DNA of 48,580 bases from a virus (IMGVR_UViG_3300020508_000071:1-48580), one strand, 5' to 3'. Counted from the first letter of the stretch, positions 25,827 through 35,416 are shown. The notes: a model not told the origin generated them from the letters alone. Numbers and translations: made by a program.

Positions 25827-26569
25827 GTGCCAACGATGGGCACAAAAATTTTCTCTACACTCCTCGACCACGTAGATCGTGCCAACGATGGGCACAAAAA
25901 TTGCCATTTAAACAACCGCACAATTGAAAACCGGGAATGTCTCGGACTGGTGCCAACGGTGGGCACAAAAATTAGTCATTCTAACATTTCTGTCAATTCG
26001 GCAATCGGATGTTGTTGCCATGTGCCAACGGTGGGCACAAAAATTAGTCATTTCAACGCTCATAAGCCGGTAGTTGATACCAACAAGTCAGAGGTGCCAA
26101 CGGTGGGCACAAAAATTAGTCATTCCAACCCCACGCTCATCGTGCTTTGATGCGGTCTCAGCGATCCGTGCCAACGGTGGGCACAAAAATTAGTCACTCC
26201 AACGGGCAATGGAAGAAGGAGTATGGTATACTTAAAGTCAAAGGGAGTGCCAACGGTGGGCACAAAAATTAGTCAATCCAACTGCGATGGGAAAGCTGAC
26301 TTCAAAGTGTTTTTGGGTGTGCCAACGGTGGGCACAAAAATTAGTCATTCTAACACGGCCCCTAAAAAACAACTGCACCTAACCTGCAAGTGCCAACGGT
26401 GGGCACAAAAATTAGTCATTCCAACATACCATGAGCGGTTCGAAAATGAGGATGACTTCGGGTGCCAACGGTGGGCACAAAAATTAGTCATTCCAACGTA
26501 ACTGCTAGGTGGTAGAGTGCGGCAGACTAGCAGGTGCCAACGGTGGGCACAAAAATTAGTCATTCCAAC
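25827..26569 (-). CRISPR. CRISPR array, 11 repeats and 10 spacers; consensus GTTGGAATGACTAATTTTTGTGCCCACCGTTGGCAC (36 nt)
   Basis: Repeats start (+ coordinates) at 25827, 25879, 25950, 26022, 26094, 26168, 26247, 26319, 26390, 26462 and 26534; spacers are 28-43 nt, mostly 36; 3' stem GTGCC/GGCAC; degeneration increases toward 25827. Confidence 0.99.
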
Positions 26570-26603
26570 CCTTTAGTTATAAGTACTGATCTGACTATGG
26601 TTT

Positions 26604-26632
26604 ATAGTAGGTTTTGCGAGCACCCAAGTCAA
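26604..26632 (-). promoter_or_regulatory. CRISPR leader promoter
   Basis: TTGACT-N17-TACTAT; predicted TSS about 28 nt before the first repeat. Confidence 0.7.
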
Positions 26633-26776
26633 GGCTGTGCTGCAAAAAATTTATATGTTTTTTATTGCAAATTTTTCACCTATGCATCGTGTTGCCATAG
26701 AGATCGTACCTTTGCCGTGCAAATTCATCGCAGTAAGAATCGGTTATTTTTCTATCTACGCTTTTCAAATCCGATA

Positions 26777-26980
26777 TTATTCCTCATCTTGATCTTTGTC
26801 GTCGCTATTGCAAGCTTGACCAAGATAAAATATTGTTGCACAGTCCAAACACTCATAAGGTTTAGCTTCGTCATAATATTCTGTGCTAGAATGGCATTCC
26901 TCAGCTACATATAACTCACCGCCATTAGGGCTCTGATCACCGTTCTTTATATTTTGATTACCGCAGCTTGGGCAATACAT
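26777..26980 (-). CDS. small zinc-ribbon protein
   Basis: CPSC...CLDC; AAGGAGA SD. Confidence 0.65.
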   Translation of the reverse strand: MYCPSCGNQNIKNGDQSPNGGELYVAEECHSSTEYYDEAKPYECLDCATIFYLGQACNSDDKDQDEE

Positions 26981-27103
26981 TGCTGTTCTCCTTGTATACT
27001 ATCTTGTGTTCTGTTAAGCACCCGCATAATCATAAACACATCAAGGCAATAATATTCCTTAGGGACTACATCTATAGTCAATTCAAGGTGCCAAAGATCA
27101 TGC

Positions 27104-27415
27104 TTAAAACGATTCGATGTCACCAGAAGTTTTAATTGTGCGACGATCATCAGGATTTTCAACGTTTACACACTCAACAAATTGTCCGCCTTTTATGAGG
27201 GAGGGAAATTTTCGAACTTTTTCTCCCAAAACACCAATACGCATTTGGCAACAAACAGGATTCAAAGACTGATAGGGCACAAAAGTCTCAGGATCTAAAA
27301 TGATAGTCTTTTCCAAAAAATCTAAACCATATATCTTCCATAGATTCTCTCCCAACTGAAATTCACCCAAAAACTGAAACTCATTTTGCGAATCTATCTT
27401 AAGTTCACTCATCAT
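27104..27415 (-). CDS. hypothetical protein
   Basis: 103-aa ORF. Confidence 0.55.
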   Translation of the reverse strand: MMSELKIDSQNEFQFLGEFQLGENLWKIYGLDFLEKTIILDPETFVPYQSLNPVCCQMRIGVLGEKVRKFPSLIKGGQFVECVNVENPDDRRTIKTSGDIESF

Positions 27416-27532
27416 TTTACATTTCTTTCAAAAAAGTTTTAAACAAATTACATTATTAAACCCACCGCAAAAAATGCAGTTGATCTTAAAAGCCAACCAA
27501 TATTTTCTTCATCACTTGATCGCCACTTCATT

Positions 27533-28186
27533 TTAAAGGCTTTCTTCTTTTATTTTCTTTCCATTCTGCCACCATTCTTTGTATCCATCTGCACGTTCAA
27601 CGGCACGTTCAACGGCAGGGCCATTTTTTCTATGACGCTCGCCATTTAAATACCAATGTTTATCTCCATTAAGACATTCAATAGCAGCCCCATCTTCTCT
27701 GTGAAGATTTCCATTATGCCACCAAGCTTTAGCTCCATCTACATACTCAATGGCAGGTCCATCTTATCTGTGAAGCTCTCCATTTAAATACCAATATTTA
27801 TCTCCATTTGGATACTCAACAGCAGGCCCATCTTGCCTGTGACGTTGGCCATTTAAATACCAAACTTTATACCCATTTGTGTATTCAATCGCAGGGCCAT
27901 CTTCCCTGTGAAGCAACCCATTTAAATACCAAGATTTATATCCATTTGACCATTCAACAGCAGGGCCATCTTCCCTGTGAAGCAACCCATTTAAATACCA
28001 TTTTTTGGTTCCATCTAAGCATTCGATTCTTACAATTTGTTTGTTAACAGTAAAGTATTTATCTTCGCCTAAGAAAAAGCAATCCTCCTTTGAATTATTT
28101 TCAACTTTTGAAAAGCTAAAATCAAATAAGGGCAAACAAAATAGAGAAAAAACGTTTCTACGCAACATATCTGTAAATCCTTGCAT
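27533..28186 (-). pseudogene. 23-aa repeat protein (WYLNG.LHREDGPA.E) with an internal nonsense codon
   Basis: 69-bp repeats continue in frame past the TAA at 27764..27766 (HR*DGPAIE...) to the TAA at 27533. Confidence 0.8.
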
Positions 28187-28400
28187 TTAAAAAATGGAAT
28201 GCAGTAAAAAAATTGATAATTTATAGGAACTGCTTATGCCTAAAAGCCATTGAACAATTGCTGCTGTAAGCAATTTAAATTTATACTGTCGGCATAACAA
28301 GCCAAGTGTTATTGTGTTTAAATTCGGTATTGCTTTACCAAATAATTTTCAATTATAGTAAAACTTTTCATATATTTTAGTTTTTATAGCATAAAGTTAC

Positions 28401-28637
28401 TTATGAATCAATATGCCAAATGTTAAATGATTGACCACAATAGGATATCTCAAAACCCCTTGCATTCGCAATTTTTTGATTACGATACTTGTTAAAAATT
28501 TTTTGCCGTTGGCGTTGCATACGCCTTTTAATTATTCGAGTTAATATTTGACGGCATGGCTGTCTAATAGACGCCATTTCACTTGTGATTTGAGCTTCAA
28601 CGTATAAATCTTTAAAGATTTCATGGGAGTTTTTCAC
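28401..28637 (-). CDS. small basic hypothetical protein
   Basis: GAGGA SD before the GTG start. Confidence 0.5.
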   Translation of the reverse strand: MKNSHEIFKDLYVEAQITSEMASIRQPCRQILTRIIKRRMQRQRQKIFNKYRNQKIANARGFEISYCGQSFNIWHIDS

Positions 28638-28825
28638 GTTTATTCCTCATTTGGCGATTTTCCTGTCTTGTCAACAAGAGTTCTTGTCAAGGGTGGTAAA
28701 AATGCTATTTCAATTCTTTGAAGAGCAGATACTGATCTGTTTATATTTTATAGCAGGATTTATAAGATTTCAAGTCAAAGTGCTTCAGAGAAATTATTGA
28801 TTTAAAAACATGAAAATATTGCTGG

Positions 28826-29080
28826 TTATATTTCTTCGTGTGATTTAAAAAGCTCCGATACACTAGGGTGCTGTGCTTTTAGTTCTTGAATTTTTTGATT
28901 AGCTTGTCTTTCAAAGATCTCTGTAGATTCTTTTTTGACCTGTGCAAATTCATCAGGCTTGATGATCCCTTGTTTGTACAAAATCATTTTTAGAGCTAAA
29001 TTTTCTACTAACAAAAACTTGATCATATCTGGGTTCAAATAGAACGCACCTTTTGCAATCTTGTCTATGTCTGTGTGCAT
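28826..29080 (-). CDS. hypothetical protein
   Basis: 84-aa ORF with a GAGGA SD. Confidence 0.6.
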   Translation of the reverse strand: MHTDIDKIAKGAFYLNPDMIKFLLVENLALKMILYKQGIIKPDEFAQVKKESTEIFERQANQKIQELKAQHPSVSELFKSHEEI

Positions 29081-29517
29081 GTCAAGTCCTCAATTATAGG
29101 AGCCACAATTAAATCCCTAGTCACTCTGTAACTATCATCATCAAAGTGCTGCGTTGAAAATTCTAACAGCATAGTGTCTGAAATAGCTTGCATTTGATGA
29201 ACAACACCCGGCAGAACATGAAAGGCATATCCAGCAGGCATGATAATGCTTTTTGCTCCATCAGAATCATCATATGTAAATCTGATTTGCCCTGATTCAA
29301 CATACAAAACCTCATCTTTAATTTTGTGATGATGGTAGCTTAAGTGGCGTCCTTGTTTGATAAAAAGTTTTTTACCACAATATTTATCACTATTACAAAT
29401 CCAAAGTTCGTAACCCCACGGTTTTGAAACGAAATTCATATCATTCGGCTTAATTAAGCCAACAACAGATGTTTTTTGTACTAACTCCATTTTTCGCCCC
29501 TTGGTCAAAAGCAACAC
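29065..29517 (-). CDS. cupin, mannose-6-phosphate isomerase type II C-terminal-like
   Basis: KPWGYE, LSYHHH..KDE, PGVVHQM and EFST..FDDDSYR motifs. Confidence 0.8.
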   Translation of the reverse strand: MLLLTKGRKMELVQKTSVVGLIKPNDMNFVSKPWGYELWICNSDKYCGKKLFIKQGRHLSYHHHKIKDEVLYVESGQIRFTYDDSDGAKSIIMPAGYAFHVLPGVVHQMQAISDTMLLEFSTQHFDDDSYRVTRDLIVAPIIEDLTCTQT

Positions 29518-29538
29518 AAGGTAATAGAGTTATGGCAT

Positions 29539-29566
29539 AAAAAAACCTGTAGTTGTGCTACAGGTT
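29539..29566 (-). terminator. intrinsic terminator
   Basis: AACCTGTAG/CTACAGGTT stem with a U-tract on -. Confidence 0.7.
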
Positions 29567-29592
29567 CAAAGACATCATTGGAAAATAACACT

Positions 29593-30186
29593 TCAATCTT
29601 TGGGGAGATTTAGATGGCCATCAACCCACAGACTGCCATTCTCAACTTCCTTTTTGTCTTCGTAAACTGATGTAAGTTGCCGATAGGTTTCCAAAGACAT
29701 ATGACTCAAAACTCCACGGATCACTAAATGGCGACGAAATGCCATGGTTGCATCATTTTGACTGCCATTGCTTTTTGATGTTAGGTTTTGACGAACAATA
29801 TCTAAAATGCCTTCTAAGTAAGCCCTGATGCCATATCCAATTTCTGGAAAACCATCGGCCTGACCTAAAAACCCCCACAAAACAGAAGACATGGCGTAAT
29901 TCAATTCGCCTGCCCCTGCAATCGGGTCAGAACGATTAATAGCAGCAGCGATACTATCTGCTGCATTAGCAAGAGCCTTTTGCTTGCTTACATTATAAAA
30001 TGCTGAATTAAATGAATTTACCGTGTAATCCGGGTCTGATAGATATCGCTTTACACATCTGTTAACAAAATAGCCAAAGTATTCGCCCTTAGTATAAAAA
30101 TTATCATTCCCATCTTTCATAATGCCTAATGCTTCTGAGATCGAATGAGAAAACTTAGAGCGTTCTTCTTGTTTAATATACGGCAT
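29593..30186 (-). CDS. conserved phage hypothetical protein
   Basis: MPYIKQEER, GELNY and YEDKKEVENG, a pattern common in phage proteins. Confidence 0.7.
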   Translation of the reverse strand: MPYIKQEERSKFSHSISEALGIMKDGNDNFYTKGEYFGYFVNRCVKRYLSDPDYTVNSFNSAFYNVSKQKALANAADSIAAAINRSDPIAGAGELNYAMSSVLWGFLGQADGFPEIGYGIRAYLEGILDIVRQNLTSKSNGSQNDATMAFRRHLVIRGVLSHMSLETYRQLTSVYEDKKEVENGSLWVDGHLNLPKD

Positions 30187-30197
30187 GGTTATTTCCT

Positions 30198-30872
30198 TTA
30201 ATTGAATTTGAAATCTGAAATGAGACTCATTACTCTTTCGTCAACCAAATTTTGTAAATCTTGAACACTTCCAGAATTCAAAATTACTAGATTGAAAAGC
30301 TCAAACCCCTCTGGTGGTTCGGGTTTCAATGTTTTACGTTGACTCTTCCAATCTACCCTATCTACACAATATACATAGGCAGATTGTTGATTTTTATCAT
30401 AATCAATATAATCTAAAAACCATGTGACATATGGTCTAATTTGTTTTTCTGAGCCATTTTCATCATAGTTAATTCTATCAGGTTTTATGACAAGAATGTT
30501 ATAGCCTCCCTCAGAATTTACTTGCGTGAATTCATTTACATATCTCACATCAGAAATAATCAAAGGGACTGACTTGTCTCTGAATGGTTGATCTAACCAA
30601 ACCCTAGGTTGAATTTCTCTAAATCCATCTCCAATAAATTGAAGGCTTTCACGAACTGGCATATCAAACCCCGGAGGTGGCTCTGGAATGACTTTCCATT
30701 TTTCAATAAAATCCATATCAACGTTGAAAGTGTCGCAAAAAATTTGCTTCACTTTAAGAGCAAATGCTGTTCGCTTCCATGCTTGATTTGAGTTTACAAA
30801 ATTTAGCATAATACGATCAGCCGTTGTGTCTTTGCCATTTTGTTTTTGTCCAGCAACTCCAATTACCTTCAT
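30198..30872 (-). CDS. deoxynucleoside monophosphate kinase (T4 gp1-like)
   Basis: IGVAGQKQNGKDT, RESLQFIGD and IISDVRY.NE motifs. Confidence 0.85.
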   Translation of the reverse strand: MKVIGVAGQKQNGKDTTADRIMLNFVNSNQAWKRTAFALKVKQIFCDTFNVDMDFIEKWKVIPEPPPGFDMPVRESLQFIGDGFREIQPRVWLDQPFRDKSVPLIISDVRYVNEFTQVNSEGGYNILVIKPDRINYDENGSEKQIRPYVTWFLDYIDYDKNQQSAYVYCVDRVDWKSQRKTLKPEPPEGFELFNLVILNSGSVQDLQNLVDERVMSLISDFKFN

Positions 30873-30890
30873 CTAACTTCTCCTTAAAAA

Positions 30891-31091
30891 CTATCGCTTT
30901 TCCTTATAGTCTGTCTCATAAAAACCCGATCCTTTAAAAATGACAGCAGGTACACCAAAAATTTTTTTGAGTGTCCTTTTTTTACAATTAGGACATTTAC
31001 TTAAAGGTTCGTCTTTCATGTTTTGAAAAACTTCAAATTTGTAACCACAGCCTTTTTTGTCGATGTTGCATTCATATTCATATGTCGGCAT
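30891..31091 (-). CDS. FmdB-family zinc-ribbon protein
   Basis: MPTYEYEC...CPNC...FKGSGFYETDY. Confidence 0.9.
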   Translation of the reverse strand: MPTYEYECNIDKKGCGYKFEVFQNMKDEPLSKCPNCKKRTLKKIFGVPAVIFKGSGFYETDYKEKR

Positions 31092-31102
31092 ACTTAAATC
31101 CT

Positions 31103-31810
31103 TTACTTTCTTAATGCATTGGTTTTAGGCCAACGCGAATCATTTAAAAACCTTTGTAATTGTTGGTTTTTATAATCCATCCACTTCGATGATGTCGGGC
31201 CTGTAGCGGACTGGCACTCCTCATAGTACAAATTAATTTGTTTTTCAATTTCTGATCTTAATTCGTCTTCAGCGAAATCACCACATAGCGTGGTTTTATC
31301 TTCTATTCTTTCAAGCACGGTTATACCGGGTAAATCAACCAACATAAAATGCATTTGCCAATGCTGGTTGATATTAAGAAAGTCTTCAATAGCACAAGTC
31401 ATGCCCGGAAATACCAATTCGTTGGTGTCATGAGCAATTATATATTTTTTGACATTTGATGAGTGCAACAATAATTCTAACAAAAGTTGTTCGTATGTGT
31501 GCCATGTGTCAATATAGAGCAAATCTGTTGGGTTTATTTCAATTGATGTTGTATCTGCGACTAGAAACTGAAAATCAATTTGATCCCTTAAAGCTAACTC
31601 TTGAGCTTGTCTCAAGATTAGGCGATCAACCTGAAATGGTGGTTTGTCCCAATCATAACTTATGAGTTTTTTAGGTTTTGATTCTAAAAAAACTTTAGTT
31701 GAATTCAAACCACGAACGCCCATTTCTGTGATGTGATCACATTTTCTTGCATATTGCTGCAAGATTTGTATGTGATTTTTGATGTCAGAATCTTCAGGCG
31801 TTGAGTTCAT
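31103..31810 (-). CDS. class I SAM methyltransferase, paralog of 11702..12322
   Basis: ITEMGVR, DLLYIDTWHTYEQ and AHDT motifs. Confidence 0.82.
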   Translation of the reverse strand: MNSTPEDSDIKNHIQILQQYARKCDHITEMGVRGLNSTKVFLESKPKKLISYDWDKPPFQVDRLILRQAQELALRDQIDFQFLVADTTSIEINPTDLLYIDTWHTYEQLLLELLLHSSNVKKYIIAHDTNELVFPGMTCAIEDFLNINQHWQMHFMLVDLPGITVLERIEDKTTLCGDFAEDELRSEIEKQINLYYEECQSATGPTSSKWMDYKNQQLQRFLNDSRWPKTNALRK

Positions 31811-32126
31811 CGATTTTAGCCTGCAATAATTCTTGAGATTGAAGCCCTACTGTTCTATAAACTTGCATCCCATTTTTGAAAAATATGATTGTAGGAACAC
31901 TTACAATGTTGTATTCAGACCCAATATTCATACATGTCGTGACATCGACTTTAACCACTCTAACATTTTTTAACGTGGAAAGCACAGGGATTAATTGCCT
32001 ACATGGTGGGCAATATGGTGTGGCGAAATCAACTAAAACCAATCCATCAGAAATTAATTGCTTAAAATTCTCTTCTTGAGCTTCGATCATTGGATATTCC
32101 ATTAATAAAGAAATAAGTGCATGCAC
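31794..32126 (-). CDS. thioredoxin
   Basis: VLVDFATPYCPPC and SVPT motifs. Confidence 0.9.
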   Translation of the reverse strand: MHALISLLMEYPMIEAQEENFKQLISDGLVLVDFATPYCPPCRQLIPVLSTLKNVRVVKVDVTTCMNIGSEYNIVSVPTIIFFKNGMQVYRTVGLQSQELLQAKIDELNA

Positions 32127-32149
32127 TATTATAGCATAAAGAACAAATT

Positions 32150-32446
32150 ATGAAAATGAAAAAACCTATAAAGAAAATCTGTAAGAATTGTAAATTATTT
32201 GACCCTAAATCTAGTAGTTGTTCAATAGTTGTACTCCATGAAGGGCAACGTTTAAGACTGCCGGTTTCAGCAGAGGATTCTTGCTTTTTTGAGGGGGAGT
32301 ATTTTGACCCTACGCTTAAGGCAACACAGAGTTTTGCTGAAGAAATCAAAGAGGTCAAATTTTGGGTCGAAAATGAAAAAGGCGATAAGATTGATGGAGA
32401 TGGAATTGTCAAAATGGAGTATCCAGAAGGTTTTTTTGGCGACTAA
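32150..32446 (+). CDS. Cys-containing hypothetical protein
   Basis: CKNC...C...C pattern. Confidence 0.6.
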   Translation: MKMKKPIKKICKNCKLFDPKSSSCSIVVLHEGQRLRLPVSAEDSCFFEGEYFDPTLKATQSFAEEIKEVKFWVENEKGDKIDGDGIVKMEYPEGFFGD

Positions 32447-32673
32447 CCAGCACAATTTATTGACTTGTTATGTGAATTCATTTTATTCAAAACGCAAGCC
32501 AAAAAAATTCTAGCCGCATCAACCCATTTATTTTCTTGATTGTCAAACGCTTTAAAAGCGTATCCATCTGTATTATCACGATTTAAAAAATCTCCCACTC
32601 CATGAATGTCTGAATAGTTTGCCATAGGGAGGTAATCTTGACCGAAACGGTAGTAAACAGTGAATCTTCTCAT
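32443..32673 (-). CDS. small hypothetical protein
   Basis: ATGA overlap with the helicase stop. Confidence 0.55.
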   Translation of the reverse strand: MRRFTVYYRFGQDYLPMANYSDIHGVGDFLNRDNTDGYAFKAFDNQENKWVDAARIFLACVLNKMNSHNKSINCAG

Positions 32674-34727
32674 GATACCGAATCCTTTAATTGAATATTT
32701 TTGGCCCCATCTAAAGCTTCTTGTGCCAGTTTAACACTACACTTCATAACTTCCGAAAGTGTTTTGGCGTCGTACTGAACGAAATCATTGAGCGTTTTGA
32801 TTCGACTGGTTTTAAGTTTTTTGGCTCGTACTGCTCCTACGTTTGGGATCTGGCAAAGCTCAACCAAATCAGGTTCTACTCCATATCGAAGTCGAAGTCC
32901 TAAAATTCTAAACCAATCATGTTTGTCCCATCTTCCTGACATACTGTCTAACGATGTAAGCACCTGCAATGTTCGATCTAAGTCAACGAGCAGAGTCCCC
33001 ATCATTGCTTGCAAAACAGGAACATCTCTTTTGCCGCGAAGCATATTGAAATACGAACAGCCAATCTTGTGAATGGGCTCTGTGACAGCATTTGACCCAA
33101 ACATCTTTTCAATTTGTAACTTATATCCAGTCACGGCTTCTCGTTCTCGTCGATTTATGATCGAGAATCTGTATGAGTCAATGTTTCCTAAAGCCAAAGA
33201 GACTGCAAAGTCATCTGATTCTCTTTTCTCATCAAATAATTTCTTAAAGTTTCTTCTTAAGTCGCTAACGTCAAAGGGGCTGTAATAAAACATGGAAGAG
33301 ACTTTACCAATCGCTGTGCATTCATACTCCCCATTTTCATTCAATTTAATTGCACGACACTGCTCAAGAGCACCAAGTGTTCTTTGAATTACTTCTTCAT
33401 CAAATGCGTGATCTTGAAAGTGTGCTAATGATTTTTTGAACCAATCCTGAAATCCTTGTTTGGTTTTAATTGTTCCTTGATGAATCTCAGCTACAACATG
33501 AAACGCCAAAGTTTTGTAATGAGGAGTTTCTGCACGTCCAACAAAATCTAATAAAGTACTTCTTATTGGAGATTTCACTTTAAGCTTTTTAATCCATTCA
33601 TCCTTGCCAGATTCTGGAATTAAAATGTACGCATCACCACGCGGATCATACTTTGGACGACCAGCACGACCAATCATTTGTTGGATGTCATAATTTTCAA
33701 CTTCAGTCAAGCCTCTATGGACACCAGTCACGATTACTCGTCGTGCTGGCAAATTCAAACCCCAAGCTAGTGTTGATGTCGCAACCAAAACACGAAAGTT
33801 CTTATCATTTTTGAACTTGTCCTCAAGTTTCATTCTGTCTTTAAGACCTAGAAGGGCATTATGAAATTCTGCTTCGATTCCGTAGCGTTTTAATGATTGT
33901 ACCATCATAACACCAGTGTCTATGGTGTGGGTAAAAATCAAAAATTTATCTTCAGAGTAGTGTTCAACAATTGCACAGGCAACACCAATCTTAGCGGTTT
34001 CTTTATCGCTATAAGTGTTGTCTCCATCGAAATAAGTTTCATAATGAATATTCAAAGGGCATGGTCGATAATCAGACTCCAAATAATAGGTGTCTCTTCC
34101 AGTAATAGAAGAAATCCAGCCACATATTTCATCAACATTTGGCATCGTTGCGGATAAGAGAACTATTCTGACATTAGGATTAATTTCAGTTAGTTTCATC
34201 AGGGCGACCTCAATATGATCACCACGCGATGGGACTGTAAGTAAATGACTTTCATCAAAAACAACTGTACCTACATCGTACAAGAATTGACTTTTATCAC
34301 TTGTATGATTACGACACCGACTGGCTAACATTTCGGGTGTCATCACAATCAAACTTGATTCTTCCATTTCTTTGAGACGTTTTGCTGTGAAGCGAAAATC
34401 GCCCGTTGCAATAAAAGTTTTTACATCAGAAAAATGATGATTAGGATCAGTCCAATCAATTTCTTTTTCTTTTGCTAAAGCTTTCAGTGGGCCAACGTAA
34501 ATGCCTTTTCCGCCTCGCTTTCGTAATTCATAAGCCAAATACATTTCAGAACAAACGGTTTTGCCTGCACTTGTCGCGGCTGCAATTGCCACATTGCTGT
34601 CACCTTCATAGACTTCAAATAGCTTGCTTTGTACAGGATTAAAATCTTTAAATGGCCACTTTGCGTAAGGATAAGATGCAGTTGAAATAAGTTCAGATGT
34701 GTCTGAAATTTTAATTACTTGCGGCAT
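32670..34727 (-). CDS. Ski2/Hel308-like SF2 helicase
   Basis: FNPVQ, ATSAGKT, PLKALA, TPE, DESH, LSAT, ATSTLAWGLNLPA and QMIGRAGRP motifs; C-terminal HhH (IPNVG.VRA). Confidence 0.92.
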   Translation of the reverse strand: MPQVIKISDTSELISTASYPYAKWPFKDFNPVQSKLFEVYEGDSNVAIAAATSAGKTVCSEMYLAYELRKRGGKGIYVGPLKALAKEKEIDWTDPNHHFSDVKTFIATGDFRFTAKRLKEMEESSLIVMTPEMLASRCRNHTSDKSQFLYDVGTVVFDESHLLTVPSRGDHIEVALMKLTEINPNVRIVLLSATMPNVDEICGWISSITGRDTYYLESDYRPCPLNIHYETYFDGDNTYSDKETAKIGVACAIVEHYSEDKFLIFTHTIDTGVMMVQSLKRYGIEAEFHNALLGLKDRMKLEDKFKNDKNFRVLVATSTLAWGLNLPARRVIVTGVHRGLTEVENYDIQQMIGRAGRPKYDPRGDAYILIPESGKDEWIKKLKVKSPIRSTLLDFVGRAETPHYKTLAFHVVAEIHQGTIKTKQGFQDWFKKSLAHFQDHAFDEEVIQRTLGALEQCRAIKLNENGEYECTAIGKVSSMFYYSPFDVSDLRRNFKKLFDEKRESDDFAVSLALGNIDSYRFSIINRREREAVTGYKLQIEKMFGSNAVTEPIHKIGCSYFNMLRGKRDVPVLQAMMGTLLVDLDRTLQVLTSLDSMSGRWDKHDWFRILGLRLRYGVEPDLVELCQIPNVGAVRAKKLKTSRIKTLNDFVQYDAKTLSEVMKCSVKLAQEALDGAKNIQLKDSVS

Positions 34728-34748
34728 ATTTATTTTTCAAATAATAGA

Positions 34749-35351
34749 TTAAGAGTTAGAAATGTTCCACTTATAACGCAAACATTTTACTACGTCTAGG
34801 GCATCATCGACAGCATTATGCGTTACTTGCTTTTGAATGCCTGCGATAGCAAGACACGATTCCAAATCTGGCAACTCTTCCATGGTTTTTGGATCAAAAT
34901 ATAAAACAGCAGGGTCGATAATCCTGCGTTTAATTGAAATGGAAGTTCCCCAATTAGGAATTTTGTTTAAAAAAGCCATATCAAACGTTGCAAAATTTTT
35001 TCCAGCCACGCTTATCTTCAAAGTGGCTCCGCCTTGCGGCTTCTCAACTTCTGCAACACCATGGCTCTTAAGCCAAGATGCAAATTCAGCATCAAGATGC
35101 AGGGGTTCTAAATAATTATATCCCAACGTCCTAGCAGCTATTATTTCAAGTTTTTTAGCATGCATAGACATTGCGTAAGGCTCGCCACGATAGTTGTCTT
35201 TAACAAGATAACAATGAAATATTGGAAGACTGTCTATCGGAGACTTCAGATCATCAAGCACTGCACCAAACTCTATTGTGTCGCAAGACTCAGAATTTAA
35301 TCCTAATGTTTCTATGTCAATGCTAACGTACATGAGTAAATCTTTCTGCAA
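34749..35351 (-). CDS. DEDDh (DnaQ-like) 3'-5' exonuclease
   Basis: SIDIETLGL, GKNFATFD and HNAVDDA motifs. Confidence 0.88.
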   Translation of the reverse strand: MQKDLLMYVSIDIETLGLNSESCDTIEFGAVLDDLKSPIDSLPIFHCYLVKDNYRGEPYAMSMHAKKLEIIAARTLGYNYLEPLHLDAEFASWLKSHGVAEVEKPQGGATLKISVAGKNFATFDMAFLNKIPNWGTSISIKRRIIDPAVLYFDPKTMEELPDLESCLAIAGIQKQVTHNAVDDALDVVKCLRYKWNISNS

Positions 35352-35378
35352 AAATCAAAGTCAAAAACTTTGGAGTCC

Positions 35379-35416
35379 AAAAAAAAAGGGAGAGACAAGC
35401 GATCTCGTCTCTCCCT
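35379..35416 (-). terminator. intrinsic terminator
   Basis: AGGGAGAGAC/GTCTCTCCCT stem with a U-tract on -. Confidence 0.8.

Noticed and set aside
25778-26914. ORFs of 62-126 aa overlapping the CRISPR array
   Set aside because: Translations of repeats and spacers (recurring VPTVGTKISH); not genes.
20657-27766. Stop-codon reassignment suggested by the in-frame TGA (20657) and TAA (27764)
   Set aside because: The two codons differ, and TAA, TAG and TGA all end intact genes here; long genes are uninterrupted under code 11.
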